Positions 40,560 through 49,911 of a stretch of 64,000 nt of DNA are shown piece after piece. Numbering within the stretch: position 1 is the stretch's first letter; each line of letters starts with the position of its first letter. The DNA lies in NCBI GenBank assembly GCA_963825545.1, contig CAWGTR010000006.1, positions 223,475-287,474 on the forward strand, in the 5' to 3' direction. The notes beneath the pieces were generated by a model. That model worked only from the letters and a program-made list of their open reading frames with translations. It had not been told where the DNA came from and ran no database searches. The DNA comes from an uncultured Chloroflexia bacterium. GTDB lineage: Bacteria; Chloroflexota; Limnocylindria; Limnocylindrales; CSP1-4. The position numbers and the translations under genes are program-made.

Positions 40560-42842
40560 TCACGGCTTTGGCGTCCTCTTCGGCTTCTTCGTCGCCTTGG
40601 GCGTCGGCTTCGGCGTCGCCGCCGGGCTCGCCCCGGCGCTCGGGCTGGGGGACGCGGTGGGCGCCTTGACCGCCTCGAGGAGCGAGCTCATGAGCCGGTT
40701 CTTGTCGATCCAGACGACCGAGTCGGGGATGTCGCCCGTCCCCGGCAGGACGTAGAACCCGCGCAGGTCGGACCAGCCGGCGTCGTCGCTCGCGAGACGG
40801 TACTGGGCCTGGACCGCACCGCTGTCCTTCGACAGGGCGATGATCCGGCGGTTCGCCTTGTCGTAGCCGTAGATCGACCCGGTGTCCTTGATCGAGCCGG
40901 TCGCGATGTCGCTGTAGGCGGGCGGCGTGCGCAGGAGACCGTCGCCGGGATCGGCCGGCTTCCAGCCGGTCGTGCCGCCGCGGACGAAGCGGGCGATCGT
41001 GCCCGACCGCGACAGGTAGATGTCGCCGTCGATGACCATCGCGTCGACCGCCGAGACGTCCTGCGGCGCGGCCAGCCAGTTCGTCGGGTCGGCCGGGAAG
41101 CCGGAGCCGTCGAAGGCGGGCGAATAGGCCAGGATCTGCTTGGACGACGGGTCGACGACGTACAGGTTGTAGAGGCCCTGCTCGACGTTCCGGATGAACG
41201 CCCCGATCGCCCGGACGTCGTCGCCCCAGCTCGACGACTGGGTGACGTTGACCCGCCCGAGAGTGCCCCGGCCGGAGGTCTTGTCGGCCGGCCGCCAGCG
41301 CCACAGCACGTTCTTGGCGTCGAGGATCAGGAGATCCGGGCCGGCGAGGGTGATGAACTTCGGGTTGCCGACCTTGGCCGTTGTTCCACGCACGACCTGG
41401 CCGGCGCGCGCGACCGGGACGGCCTTGCCGCCCTTCACGTCGACGCGGTAGACGGAGTTCGTCGCGGCGTCGAGGACGTACGGCGCGCCGTCCGGACCCA
41501 GCGACACCGCCTGGAGGTCGACCGGCGGCTTGGCGTCGGCGAACGAGAACAGCGCCGTCTCGCCGACCGACTGCATCCCGTACAGCTGGTCGAGCCCGTC
41601 GCGGGTCTTGGCCCGCAACGGATCGATCGCGCTGGCCGGGATCCCGGCCTGGGCCGCGGCGTCGAGCTGCTGCCAGGCCGTGGTCAGCAGGTCGGTCGCC
41701 CGAGGCGGGTCGTCCTTGACCAGGTCGACTCCCGGTGCGTACACCTGGTCGATCGCCGTCTTCGCCGACATCAGCGCCTTCTGCCCGGCCGTGAGCGAGC
41801 CCAGGTTGGCGTTCGAGCCGCTGCGGCCGCCGACGTACCAGATCCCGAGCCCCAGGATGGCCACGAAGACGATCAGGGCGAGCGCGGCGACGGCCGCCCG
41901 GCGCTGCGTCTCGCGCCTGGACGACTGGGTTGTCACCCGCCGGTCGGACGGCCCGGATCGCCGCGGCAGGCGGTCCTGGACGCCGCCGAGCAACCGCCCG
42001 GCTGCGCCCCCGGCTGCCGTCCTGGCCTGGCGGGCCGACTGCTGGACCACCGCTGCACCCGCTGTGACGCTGTCGGCAAGCGGGATCGGCGACTTGTCCG
42101 GGGTGCCCGCCAGCGGCTCCGGCGGCTTGACCGGGACGAGCTTGCGCTGCTTCGTCGTCGCCGAGACCTCGGTCGCCTCGAAGGCGATCGCCCCGTCGCT
42201 GCCGGTCCCGTCGGCGGCGATGAAGCGATGGTGGAGGTGCTCCATCGCCGACTGCGGATGGAGCGTGACCATCGCGTCCTTGAGCTCGTCGGGTCCCAGC
42301 CGGCCGACGAGGTTCGGCGAGGCGAGCACGACCGAGTCGCCGACGGAGATCTCGCCGCGCCAGACGTCCGGCTCGATGTCCGTCGTGGGCAGGCCGCGCT
42401 CGCGGTGGGGGTCCGGCAGCGTCGACAGCCGTGCCTGCCGGATCAGGTAGGCCTCGGCCGGCCCGACCGTCACGACGTACAGCTCGTTGCCGCGGACCAC
42501 GGCGGCGGCCACCCCGATCGGGCCGTTCGTCTCGTCGCCGGCCAGCCGCTCGCGCTGGTGGCCGAGCTTCTTGTTTGCCGCCTTGATCGCCTTCTCGAGG
42601 CAGACGACGATCCCGGCCGACTCGTCGTAGTAGTACTCGCGCCGGACCGTCTCGGCGACCTGGCGGGTGACCTCGCGCAGCCGCCCGCCGGGCGTGCGGC
42701 CCGTGACGAGCAGGTAGAGGTTGCCCTTCGAGCGAACGATCGAGCCGATCGTGGGCTCCTCGGGGACGACCGTGTCCGGCGAGTCGGGGAGGCGGTCTTG
42801 CTCGGCCACGAAGCCGAGCTTCATCTGGAGCCGTGCGGCCAA
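40560..42842 (-). CDS. membrane protein: degenerate PP2C-like N-domain, single TM, extracytoplasmic beta-propeller-like domain, Lys/Pro-rich tail
   Basis: GVAAAVVRGNELYVVTVGPAEAYLI is PP2C-like, but VGDSRAY reads VGPAEAY. TM is AAVAALALIVFVAILGLGIWYV. The C-terminal repeats include VYRVDVKGG..., LLILDAKNVLWRW..., LYVVDPSSKQILAY... and IYGYDKANRRIIAL. The tail is PKPTPKATKKPKRTPKP. Confidence 0.7.
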   Translation of the reverse strand: MAARLQMKLGFVAEQDRLPDSPDTVVPEEPTIGSIVRSKGNLYLLVTGRTPGGRLREVTRQVAETVRREYYYDESAGIVVCLEKAIKAANKKLGHQRERLAGDETNGPIGVAAAVVRGNELYVVTVGPAEAYLIRQARLSTLPDPHRERGLPTTDIEPDVWRGEISVGDSVVLASPNLVGRLGPDELKDAMVTLHPQSAMEHLHHRFIAADGTGSDGAIAFEATEVSATTKQRKLVPVKPPEPLAGTPDKSPIPLADSVTAGAAVVQQSARQARTAAGGAAGRLLGGVQDRLPRRSGPSDRRVTTQSSRRETQRRAAVAALALIVFVAILGLGIWYVGGRSGSNANLGSLTAGQKALMSAKTAIDQVYAPGVDLVKDDPPRATDLLTTAWQQLDAAAQAGIPASAIDPLRAKTRDGLDQLYGMQSVGETALFSFADAKPPVDLQAVSLGPDGAPYVLDAATNSVYRVDVKGGKAVPVARAGQVVRGTTAKVGNPKFITLAGPDLLILDAKNVLWRWRPADKTSGRGTLGRVNVTQSSSWGDDVRAIGAFIRNVEQGLYNLYVVDPSSKQILAYSPAFDGSGFPADPTNWLAAPQDVSAVDAMVIDGDIYLSRSGTIARFVRGGTTGWKPADPGDGLLRTPPAYSDIATGSIKDTGSIYGYDKANRRIIALSKDSGAVQAQYRLASDDAGWSDLRGFYVLPGTGDIPDSVVWIDKNRLMSSLLEAVKAPTASPSPSAGASPAATPKPTPKATKKPKRTPKP

Positions 42843-42952
42843 TGGGGGCCTCGTCTCGGATCTGGCGGGCTGGGCGGGTCCGGGCGCCCGGCTGGCTGGT
42901 CGAGGTCTCGAGGACGGGCTCCCGACCCCCGAGCGGCTGGCAGGCCTGCCGG

Positions 42953-42958
42953 ATTATA
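42953..42958 (-). promoter_or_regulatory. perfect TATAAT hexamer upstream of the 760-aa gene
   Basis: The minus strand reads gcgggTATAATccgg and overlaps the DUF721 stop. The -35 is weak (TTCGCG, 15-nt spacer). Confidence 0.3.
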
Positions 42959-43271
42959 CCCGCCGCACCCGGACGCGAAGCCCGCTCGCCCCGAACCCGC
43001 CAGGGGCGTTCCGGAAGGCCCCGAGGAGCTCGGGGCCTCGCATCCGCAGCTCCTGGGCCACGATCGGCGCGTCGGTCTCCACGAGCAGCGCATCGCCCTC
43101 CAGGCCGACCAGGCGGCAGGCACCCGTGGCGGCCGGGACGCGCTCCGCCACGAGGGCGTCCCAGGTCGTCGTCGCGCGTGCCAGGCGGAGTTCGGCCTCG
43201 AGCCCGAGCGCTCGGGCGGCGGCCGGGAGGAGGTCGCCGATCCGCTCCATCGGCCGTCGGCGGGAGGTCAT
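42954..43271 (-). CDS. DUF721-family protein (DciA-like position downstream of recF)
   Basis: 105 aa with a 4-nt overlap with the recF stop. The size, the synteny after dnaA-dnaN-recF, and the pattern ...WDALVAERVPAATGACRLVGLEGDALLVETDAPIVAQELRMRGPELL resemble DUF721. Confidence 0.6.
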   Translation of the reverse strand: MTSRRRPMERIGDLLPAAARALGLEAELRLARATTTWDALVAERVPAATGACRLVGLEGDALLVETDAPIVAQELRMRGPELLGAFRNAPGGFGASGLRVRVRRV

Positions 43272-44434
43272 CGCACGCCCGCGATCGTGCCCGGGCCACC
43301 GAGCGTCGCGCCATCCGGCCCGGCCTCGACGGCCCAGCTGGAGCCGGCGGCGCGGAGGGCCGGATCGAGGTCGTCGAGCGTTGTCGTCGTCACGAACGCC
43401 TGGGGCAGGTCCGCGATCCGACGGACCAGATGGGCCCGTCGCTCCGGATCGAGCTCACTGAAGACGTCGTCGAGCAGGAGCAGTGGCGGGCGTCCGTCGA
43501 CCGTGGTCAGCACGTCGAGCTCGGCGAGCTTGAAGGCGAGGATCGCCGTTCGCTGCTGGCCGCGCGAGGCGAAGCCGGCCAGGTCCCGACCCTCCAGCTC
43601 GAACACGAGGTCGTCGCGGTGGGGCCCGACCAGCGTCGTCCCGTTCCAGACCTCCTTCTCGGCCGTCTCCGTCAGGCGCCGGGTCAGCGCCGCCCGCACC
43701 GACTCACCCGGCCGCGCAGGAGCGTTCGTCTCGTAGCGCACGGCAAGCCGCCCCTCGTCCGGCGCGATCTCCGCATGGGCGCGGGCAAGCGGCTCGGCGA
43801 CCGCGGCGAGCGTCTCGAGACGGCCCTCGACGACCGCGCTGCCGGACTCGAGGAGGGCACCGTCCCAGAAGCGGAGCTCGCCCGGGTCGGCGGTCCCCTC
43901 GCGGATCGCCCGCAACAGGCCGTTGCGCTGCTGGAGCGCTCGCCCATACGTCGCGAGATCCGCCCCGAACCGGGCTGCCCGGCTGGCGGCCAGCGCGTCG
44001 ATCGTGGTGCGGCGGAGACCCGGCGAGCCCGCCACGAGGAGCATGTCCTCGGGCGCGAAGATCACGACCCGCAGCGAGGCCGAGAGCGCCGTCACGCGGC
44101 GGGCCACGCCGTTGACCCGGATCCGCTTGCGCTGGCCGCCGGCGCCTTCCCGCGCGAGCGCGACCTCGACAACCGTCGGATCGGCTGCCGTCGCGCCCGT
44201 CGCCGGCTCGGCTACGAACCGACCCTCAACCCGTGCCAGGTCGCTCCCCCAGCGGATCAGCTCGACGTCGGTGCTGGTTCGGTGGGAGCGGCCCCAGGCC
44301 AGCAGGACGATCGCCTCCAGCAGGCTCGTCTTGCCCGCCGCGTTCGGGCCCCAGACGAGCTGAGGACCAGGGCCGAACTCGGCCTCGAGCGCTCCGTAGC
44401 CGCGCAGGTCGCGCAGGCTGATCGACGCGAGCAG
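43268..44434 (-). CDS. recF: DNA replication and repair protein RecF (no canonical start codon)
   Basis: The Walker A segment GPNAAGKTSLLEAI lies upstream of the first ATG/GTG/TTG (44107) in the open frame. ASRGQQRTAILAFKLAE and LLLLDDVFSELD are present. The N-terminus LLASISLRDLRGY aligns to RecF starts, and CTG 44434 (or GTC 44437) is the only candidate. Confidence 0.8.
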   Translation of the reverse strand: MLASISLRDLRGYGALEAEFGPGPQLVWGPNAAGKTSLLEAIVLLAWGRSHRTSTDVELIRWGSDLARVEGRFVAEPATGATAADPTVVEVALAREGAGGQRKRIRVNGVARRVTALSASLRVVIFAPEDMLLVAGSPGLRRTTIDALAASRAARFGADLATYGRALQQRNGLLRAIREGTADPGELRFWDGALLESGSAVVEGRLETLAAVAEPLARAHAEIAPDEGRLAVRYETNAPARPGESVRAALTRRLTETAEKEVWNGTTLVGPHRDDLVFELEGRDLAGFASRGQQRTAILAFKLAELDVLTTVDGRPPLLLLDDVFSELDPERRAHLVRRIADLPQAFVTTTTLDDLDPALRAAGSSWAVEAGPDGATLGGPGTIAGVR

Positions 44435-44460
44435 GACGCTCCGGGTGCGGACCCGGCCTC

Positions 44461-45579
44461 CTAGGACGTCGTCCGGACGGGCATGACGACGTGGGTGTAG
44501 GTGTCGTCGCCGACCGGCCGGAACACCCCGGGCGACAGCGGCCCGTTGAGCTCGAGTGCGAACTGGTCGACGGTCACGTTCTGGAGCACGTCGACGAGAT
44601 AGCGCGCGTTGAACGCGATCGTGGTCCCGTCGCCCTCGACGGTCGCTTCGACCCGACCCTCGTTGTCGCCCACCTCGGCCGCGGCGGTCACGATCACGCC
44701 GGCCTCGCCGTCAACCCCGACCCCGAGCTTGACGATGTTCGCCGCCGCGCTGGCGATCAGGGCGGCCAGGCGGACGGCCTTCAGCAGCTCCTCACGATCG
44801 AGCACCGACCGGGTGGTATGGCTCTTCGGCAGGACCTGCTCGTAGTTCGGGAACTGGCCGTCGATGAGCCGGCTGACGAGGTCGATGCCCTCGAGATGGA
44901 ACAGGATCTGGTTCTTGCTCGGCGCGAGGACGATGTCGACCGGGTCGTCGACGTCCGCGAGCACCCGGCTCAGCTCGTTGAGCGACCGGGCCGGAACGAC
45001 GATGCTCGTCTCCTCGACCGGATCGAGCGTCTGGACCGTCTTGACCGCGATCCGGTAGTTGTCCGCCGCGGCAAGAGTCAGCACGTCGCCCTCGAACCGG
45101 CAGAGGACCCCGGTCAGGATCGGCCGCGCCTCGTCGCTCGCGGCGGCGAATGTCGTCTCGTTGAGGGCGTCGCGGAGCAGCTTCTGGGGGATCCGCGTCG
45201 TCGGCCGCTCACCGGCGGTCGGGATCGCCGGGAACTCCTCCGCATCGATCCCCTTGACGTGAGTCTCGAACCGGCCCGAGCGGATCCGGAGCGTGTCGCC
45301 GGCCTGGAGCTCGAGATCGACCTTCTCCCCCGCCGGCAGCCCGGCGACGATGTCGGCGAGGAGCTTGGCCGGGACGGTGATCGCGCCGTCGACGTCAATC
45401 TTGCCGGGCACCCAGTAGGTGATCCCGATCTCGAGGTTCGTCGCGGTCAGCTTGAGACCTCCGTCCTCGGTCCGGATGAGGACATTTCCGAGGACCGGCA
45501 GGGTGCTGCGGGATGAGACGGCCCGGCTGACGATCGACAGGCCGCGGGCCAGGTTCTCCTGCATGACCGAGACGTTCAC
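44461..45579 (-). CDS. dnaN: DNA polymerase III beta sliding clamp
   Basis: 372 aa. LARGLSIVSRAVSSRSTLPVLGNVLI... three-domain pattern. GTG start with GGAG upstream. Confidence 0.95.
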   Translation of the reverse strand: MNVSVMQENLARGLSIVSRAVSSRSTLPVLGNVLIRTEDGGLKLTATNLEIGITYWVPGKIDVDGAITVPAKLLADIVAGLPAGEKVDLELQAGDTLRIRSGRFETHVKGIDAEEFPAIPTAGERPTTRIPQKLLRDALNETTFAAASDEARPILTGVLCRFEGDVLTLAAADNYRIAVKTVQTLDPVEETSIVVPARSLNELSRVLADVDDPVDIVLAPSKNQILFHLEGIDLVSRLIDGQFPNYEQVLPKSHTTRSVLDREELLKAVRLAALIASAAANIVKLGVGVDGEAGVIVTAAAEVGDNEGRVEATVEGDGTTIAFNARYLVDVLQNVTVDQFALELNGPLSPGVFRPVGDDTYTHVVMPVRTTS

Positions 45580-45834
45580 GGGCGGTTCACTCCAGGGAGG
45601 CGAAGCTGGTCTCCGGCGGTACGGGCCGCGTCCCGGCGACCCGGCCGGTTCGGCCCTCGGGCCCGATCGATCGGTCCGTGGATCCTCGTTGGGAGATCCT
45701 TCCGTATCTTAGAACGTCATCATCACCATCATGCGGTGGACCGTGTGGATCGTCGTGCATGGCCGAGCGCGACGGAACGGTGCACACGCCCGCCCGATCG
45801 GTGGACGGCAGACTGTCCCGCGGTGGACGGGTCC

Positions 45835-45882
45835 GGGACGGCCGGTGGGCAAATCGGCGGGACGGCCGGTGGGCAAATCGGG
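45835..45882. repeat. 2 x 24-bp direct tandem repeat inside oriC
   Basis: GGGACGGCCGGTGGGCAAATCGGC (45835-45858) and GGGACGGCCGGTGGGCAAATCGGG (45859-45882), 23/24 identical. Confidence 0.9.
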
Positions 45883-45948
45883 GGCCGGCCGATCCGTCCA
45901 CCGCGACCGGCCGGACGTGCCCAACAACCGACGGGATTCGGCGGCGGC

Positions 45949-45957
45949 TTGTCCACA
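45949..45957 (+). promoter_or_regulatory. DnaA box TTGTCCACA
   Basis: One mismatch to TTATCCACA. This is the high-GC (actinobacterial-type) consensus form. Confidence 0.7.
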
Positions 45958-45989
45958 ACGGCCGGTGCTTTTCCACCGAATCGCAGCCG

Positions 45990-45998
45990 TTATCCACA
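45990..45998 (+). promoter_or_regulatory. DnaA box TTATCCACA (perfect consensus)
   Basis: Exact 9-mer, 89 bp from the dnaA stop side of the gap. Confidence 0.8.
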
Positions 45999-46086
45999 GG
46001 ATCGGGCCGAATGGTGCCTCGCCGCACCGGACCGCACCGCTCCCCACCAGCCCGAGACCGGCGTCCGCGATGCCCCGGCTGGGCCG

Positions 46087-47448
46087 TCAGTCGGCGTAGA
46101 TCAGCTCGCGCACGGCGGCGATCTCGCGGCGCAGCTCGTCGTTGACGGCCGACTCGCGGTTGATCTTGTCGCAGGCGTGGAGCACGGTCGAATGGTCGCG
46201 CCCGCCGAGCTCGGCGCCGATCCGCAGGAGCGAGACGTCGGTCTCCTCTCGCATCAGGAACATCGCGATCTGGCGGGGCATGACGATCGCCTTGTCGCGC
46301 TTCTGGCCCTGCAGCGCGTCCATCGGCACCCCGTAGTAGTCGGCCACGACGCGGGCGATCCGCTCCGGCGTCACCTGGCGCTTCTTTGGGTTGTAGATCA
46401 CGTTCGCGAGCACCGCCTGGGCGAGCTCGATGCTGATCGGCACCGCGCTCATGCTCGCGTAGGCCACGATCCGGTTGAGCGCACCCTCGAGCTCGCGGAT
46501 GTTGCTGACCACTTTGCGGGCGATGAACTCGATCACGTCGGACGTGATCGGGACGGCTCCCTCCTCGGCCTTGGCCCGGAGGATCGCGATCCGCGTCTCG
46601 AGATCCGGTGCCGTCAGGTCCGCGATGAGGCCCCACTCGAACCGGCTGCGCAGCCGCTCCTCGAGGGTGACGATCTGCTTCGGCGGCCGGTCGCTCGACA
46701 GGACGATCTGCTTGCCGTCCTCGTGGATCGCATTGAAGGTGTGGAAGAACTCTTCCTGCGTCCGCTCCTTGTCGGCGATGAACTGGATGTCGTCGATGAG
46801 GAGCAGGTCGATCCGCCGGTAGCGCGATCGGAACTCGTCGATCTTGCCCTGCTGGATCGAGGTGATGAACTCGTTGGTGAACTTCTCCGACGTCGCGTAC
46901 ACGACCTTCTTGCGCGGGAACTTGGCGATCACCTGGTTGCCGATCGCATGCATCAGGTGGGTCTTGCCGAGACCGACCCCGCCGTACAGGAAGAGCGGGT
47001 TGTAGGCGTGCCCCGGACGCTCCGCGACCGACAGGCTCGCGGCGTGGGCGAGCCGGTTGGCCGACCCGACGATGAAGTTCGCGAACGTGTACCGGGGATT
47101 GAGGTTCGATGCGCCGCCCTCGCCGCCGACGCGGGTCGGCTCGAGGCGAACCTGCTGGCCGGCCGCGGCGCCGGGATCGACCGCCTTGACGGCCTCCGGC
47201 GGGCTCGAGCGGACGACGAACTCGACCTGGACGCTGTAGCCCACGATCCGGGCGAGCGTCTGCGAGATCAGGGAGCGGTAGCGAGTGTCAAGCCAGTCCT
47301 TGGCGAACCCGTTGGGGACCGAGATCCGAAAGCGATTGTCATCGACGTCGACCAGCTGGGTCTCGCGAAGCCAGGTCTCGAAGTTCGCCGGCGAGAGGGC
47401 GACCTGCAACTCGCCGAGGGCGGCACGCCAGACTTGCTTCGCGTCCAT
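46087..47448 (-). CDS. dnaA: chromosomal replication initiator protein DnaA
   Basis: MDAKQVWRAALGELQ..., NPLFLYGGVGLGKTHLMHAIG, LLIDDIQF, SNIRELEGALNRI and GGRDHSTVLHACDKI. ATG 47448; the longer track ORF start is junk. Confidence 0.95.
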   Translation of the reverse strand: MDAKQVWRAALGELQVALSPANFETWLRETQLVDVDDNRFRISVPNGFAKDWLDTRYRSLISQTLARIVGYSVQVEFVVRSSPPEAVKAVDPGAAAGQQVRLEPTRVGGEGGASNLNPRYTFANFIVGSANRLAHAASLSVAERPGHAYNPLFLYGGVGLGKTHLMHAIGNQVIAKFPRKKVVYATSEKFTNEFITSIQQGKIDEFRSRYRRIDLLLIDDIQFIADKERTQEEFFHTFNAIHEDGKQIVLSSDRPPKQIVTLEERLRSRFEWGLIADLTAPDLETRIAILRAKAEEGAVPITSDVIEFIARKVVSNIRELEGALNRIVAYASMSAVPISIELAQAVLANVIYNPKKRQVTPERIARVVADYYGVPMDALQGQKRDKAIVMPRQIAMFLMREETDVSLLRIGAELGGRDHSTVLHACDKINRESAVNDELRREIAAVRELIYAD

Positions 47449-47820
47449 CGATCGGGTCTGACCTGTTGGCTGTCGGGGTGGCGATGGGTAATGGTCGGCC
47501 AGGGGCGCGGGCTCGGGGGAACCGTGGCGTGGGCTCGTTCGGCGCGCTCTGCAGGCCGGCGGCGGTCCGCTCCAGGGGCTCCTCGGAGGGTCTTCCAGAG
47601 GCTGCCACCGACCTTCCCGGCGCCGGGGGCCCGCGAAGGATAGCACCGGCCGGAGGAGGCTCGCAAGGCGTTCCGGCGCGATTCGCCAGATACTCCCCAG
47701 GGGTATCCGTGCGTGGCCGCCCCGACGGCCCCGACGGGTCCGACCGGGGTCGCCTCGCCGGTCGACGCCAGTCTCGCCGAAACGCGGCACGCAGGCCGGC
47801 GCCGGCGCATCCGACCTCGT

Positions 47821-47850
47821 TTGACACCCCCTTCGCGACCGCCCCATAAT
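47821..47850 (+). promoter_or_regulatory. sigma-70-like promoter upstream of rpmH: TTGACA, 18 nt spacer, CATAAT
   Basis: TTGACA at 47821-47826 and CATAAT at 47845-47850. Confidence 0.55.
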
Positions 47851-47964
47851 CGCGGGAACGTCGACGCGCCCTGCGCTCTCGAGCGCCAGGCGCGTTTACG
47901 TGCCTTTCGGGGGTCGAGAACGGTCGCCCCAGAGGCCGGATGGAGAGGATCGCGCACAGCCCCG

Positions 47965-48099
47965 ATGAAGCAGACCTACCAGCCCAAGAAGCGCCATCGC
48001 GCCAAGGAGCACGGCTTTCGCGCCCGGATGAAGACCACCGGGGGCCGGCGCATCCTGGCCGCTCGCCGCGCGCGCGGTCGCAAACGGCTGACGGTCTGA
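47965..48099 (+). CDS. rpmH: 50S ribosomal protein L34
   Basis: [44 protein letters not shown]. Confidence 0.95.
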   Translation: MKQTYQPKKRHRAKEHGFRARMKTTGGRRILAARRARGRKRLTV

Positions 48100-48131
48100 C
48101 GAGCGAACGCGGGGCCCCGGCGCCGCGGCTC

Positions 48132-48470
48132 GTGATGCTCTCTCGCCCGAAGGATTTCCGAGCCGTCCAGGGGGACGGGACCCCACGGTCCCATCCGCTC
48201 CTCGCAGCCCGGTTCCTGAGGACCGACCTCGAGACGACCAGGATCGGCCTGTCGACCGGTCGGAAGCTCGGCGGCGCCGTCGTGCGCAACCGGGTCCGCC
48301 GCCGACTCCGGGAGGTGCTCAGGGCGATGGCGCCCTCGTTCCGGCCCGGCTGGGACGTCCTGATCATCGCCCGCCCGGCGGTCGTGGAGGCGAGCCACGA
48401 CGAGATGGCCGAGGCGGTTCGGCGGCTCCTCCTCCGCGGGGGAGTGCTGGGAGGACCGACGACCGCGTGA
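48132..48470 (+). CDS. rnpA: ribonuclease P protein component
   Basis: [10 protein letters not shown]...[25 protein letters not shown]...DVLIIARP. Start is GTG 48132 or ATG 48135. Confidence 0.85.
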   Translation: MMLSRPKDFRAVQGDGTPRSHPLLAARFLRTDLETTRIGLSTGRKLGGAVVRNRVRRRLREVLRAMAPSFRPGWDVLIIARPAVVEASHDEMAEAVRRLLLRGGVLGGPTTA

Positions 48471-48673
48471 AGACGCTCGGGATCGGCTTGATCAAGCTCT
48501 ATCGGATCGTCTTCTTCTGGCTGCCCTCGAGCTGTCGCTTCGAGCCCACCTGCTCGCGCTACACCGAGCAGGCGATCGCGAAGTACGGCCTGTTCCGTGG
48601 GAGCTGGATGGGCGCCCGCCGGATCGCCCGGTGTCATCCATGGAACCCGGGCGGCTATGACCCGGTCCGCTAG
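48467..48673 (+). CDS. yidD: membrane protein insertion efficiency factor YidD
   Basis: GTGA overlap with rnp[35 protein letters not shown]...RIARCHPW. Confidence 0.9.
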   Translation: MKTLGIGLIKLYRIVFFWLPSSCRFEPTCSRYTEQAIAKYGLFRGSWMGARRIARCHPWNPGGYDPVR

Positions 48674-49910
48674 CGCGGAGACCGCGCCACGGCACCGCGG
48701 GCGGGTCCGGCCGTGGGTCGTCCCGCTGTTCCTGCTCGGCCTGCTCCTGGCCGCCCTGTCGGCCTGTGCCCCGATCACGGTCACGCCGCCGGCGGCGACC
48801 GCGCCAGCGGCGTCGGCAGCGGCCTCCGGCGCGGCGGCTCCGAGCGCCTCCCCGTCGGTCAAGGCGAGCCCGACGCTCAACCCGGCGGCGGTCCCGTTGG
48901 AGCCGGCGAAGCCCGGCACGGACCCGTTCTCGACGATCGCCTGGCTGTTCACCCCGGTCTTCCAGACCCTCTTCATCACCCTCGTGTTCTTCGAGCAGGC
49001 AACCGGCAGCATCATCCTTGGGATCGTCATCACGACCCTGCTGGTCCGGATCCTGCTGATCCCGCTCTACCGCCGCCAGATCGTGTCCCAGAAGCGGATG
49101 CAGCTGCTGGCGCCCGAGCTCAAGGAGATCCAGCGCCGCTACAAGGGCGACCGGGTCAAGGTCCAGCAGGCCACCGCGGACTTCTACAAGGAGCGGGGAG
49201 TCAACCCGGCGTCCGGCTGTCTGCCGCTGATCCTCCAGTTCGTCCTGCTCATCCCGATGTACACGGTCTTCCGGGACGGACTCCAGAACTTCAACCCGAA
49301 CGCGATGCTCAACGTGTTCGGGGTCCAGCTGATCACCCTGCCGTGCTCCCCCGTGCCGCTCTACACGGCCGCCGGCCAGGTGATCCCGTGCATCAACTCG
49401 ACGGTCTTCGGGATCGACCTCAGCCAGCCGAGCGTTCTGTTCACGACGCCGATCATCGGCATCGGGATCTCGGTCCTGGCGATCTTCTCGGCCCTCCTCC
49501 AGCTCGTCCAGTCGCGGATGACCCTGCCGCCGGCCGGGGCGGTCAGCGACGACCAGAACACCCGGATCCAGCGCCAGACGATGCTGTTCGTCCCGCTCAT
49601 CTCGATCTTCTACGGGGGCTTCCTGCCCGCCGGCCTGTTCGTCTACTGGATCACCTCGACGATCTTCTCGATCGTCCAGCAGTACTTGATCCTCGGCTGG
49701 GGCGGCATGTTCCCCATCTTCGGCTGGTACCCGTCGTTTGCCCGGGACCACACCCCGCGCTTCCCGGTCGCCGTCCCGGCGCCCGATCCAACGAAGCGAG
49801 CACCCACCTCGGTGCTCACCAATACCGACGAGCGAGCCGCCCGAGCGGCCTCGACCGTCCGACCCCGCGAGCGCAGCGGCCGCACGAGCCGCCGAGGGAG
49901 ACGACGCTGA
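48657..49910 (+). CDS. yidC: membrane protein insertase YidC (lipoprotein-type signal)
   Basis: Lipobox LLAALSAC; [38 protein letters not shown]; [22 protein letters not shown]; C-terminal basic tail. Confidence 0.9.
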   Translation: MTRSASAETAPRHRGRVRPWVVPLFLLGLLLAALSACAPITVTPPAATAPAASAAASGAAAPSASPSVKASPTLNPAAVPLEPAKPGTDPFSTIAWLFTPVFQTLFITLVFFEQATGSIILGIVITTLLVRILLIPLYRRQIVSQKRMQLLAPELKEIQRRYKGDRVKVQQATADFYKERGVNPASGCLPLILQFVLLIPMYTVFRDGLQNFNPNAMLNVFGVQLITLPCSPVPLYTAAGQVIPCINSTVFGIDLSQPSVLFTTPIIGIGISVLAIFSALLQLVQSRMTLPPAGAVSDDQNTRIQRQTMLFVPLISIFYGGFLPAGLFVYWITSTIFSIVQQYLILGWGGMFPIFGWYPSFARDHTPRFPVAVPAPDPTKRAPTSVLTNTDERAARAASTVRPRERSGRTSRRGRRR

Positions 49911-49911
49911 C

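Larger units (their letters stand above)
45580..46086. other. candidate oriC (dnaA-dnaN intergenic region)
   Basis: A 507-bp non-coding gap with at least 9 DnaA-box-like 9-mers (xxxTCCACx) in two opposed arrays, a central 24-bp tandem repeat, and the least GC-rich stretch of the region (about 45700-45735) next to dnaN. Confidence 0.7.

Noticed and set aside
40296-43736. 1146-aa plus-strand ORF
   Set aside because: It is antisense to rhomboid, the 760-aa membrane protein, DUF721 and recF, and is Arg-rich junk.
45835-45882. Possible CRISPR or minisatellite
   Set aside because: There are only two adjacent 24-bp units with no spacers and no cas genes. It is treated as an origin-associated tandem repeat.
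45709-46099. ORFs of 75-122 aa on both strands inside the dnaA-dnaN gap
   Set aside because: They have no RBS or motifs and irregular codon bias. The region is better explained as oriC, with its DnaA boxes and repeats.
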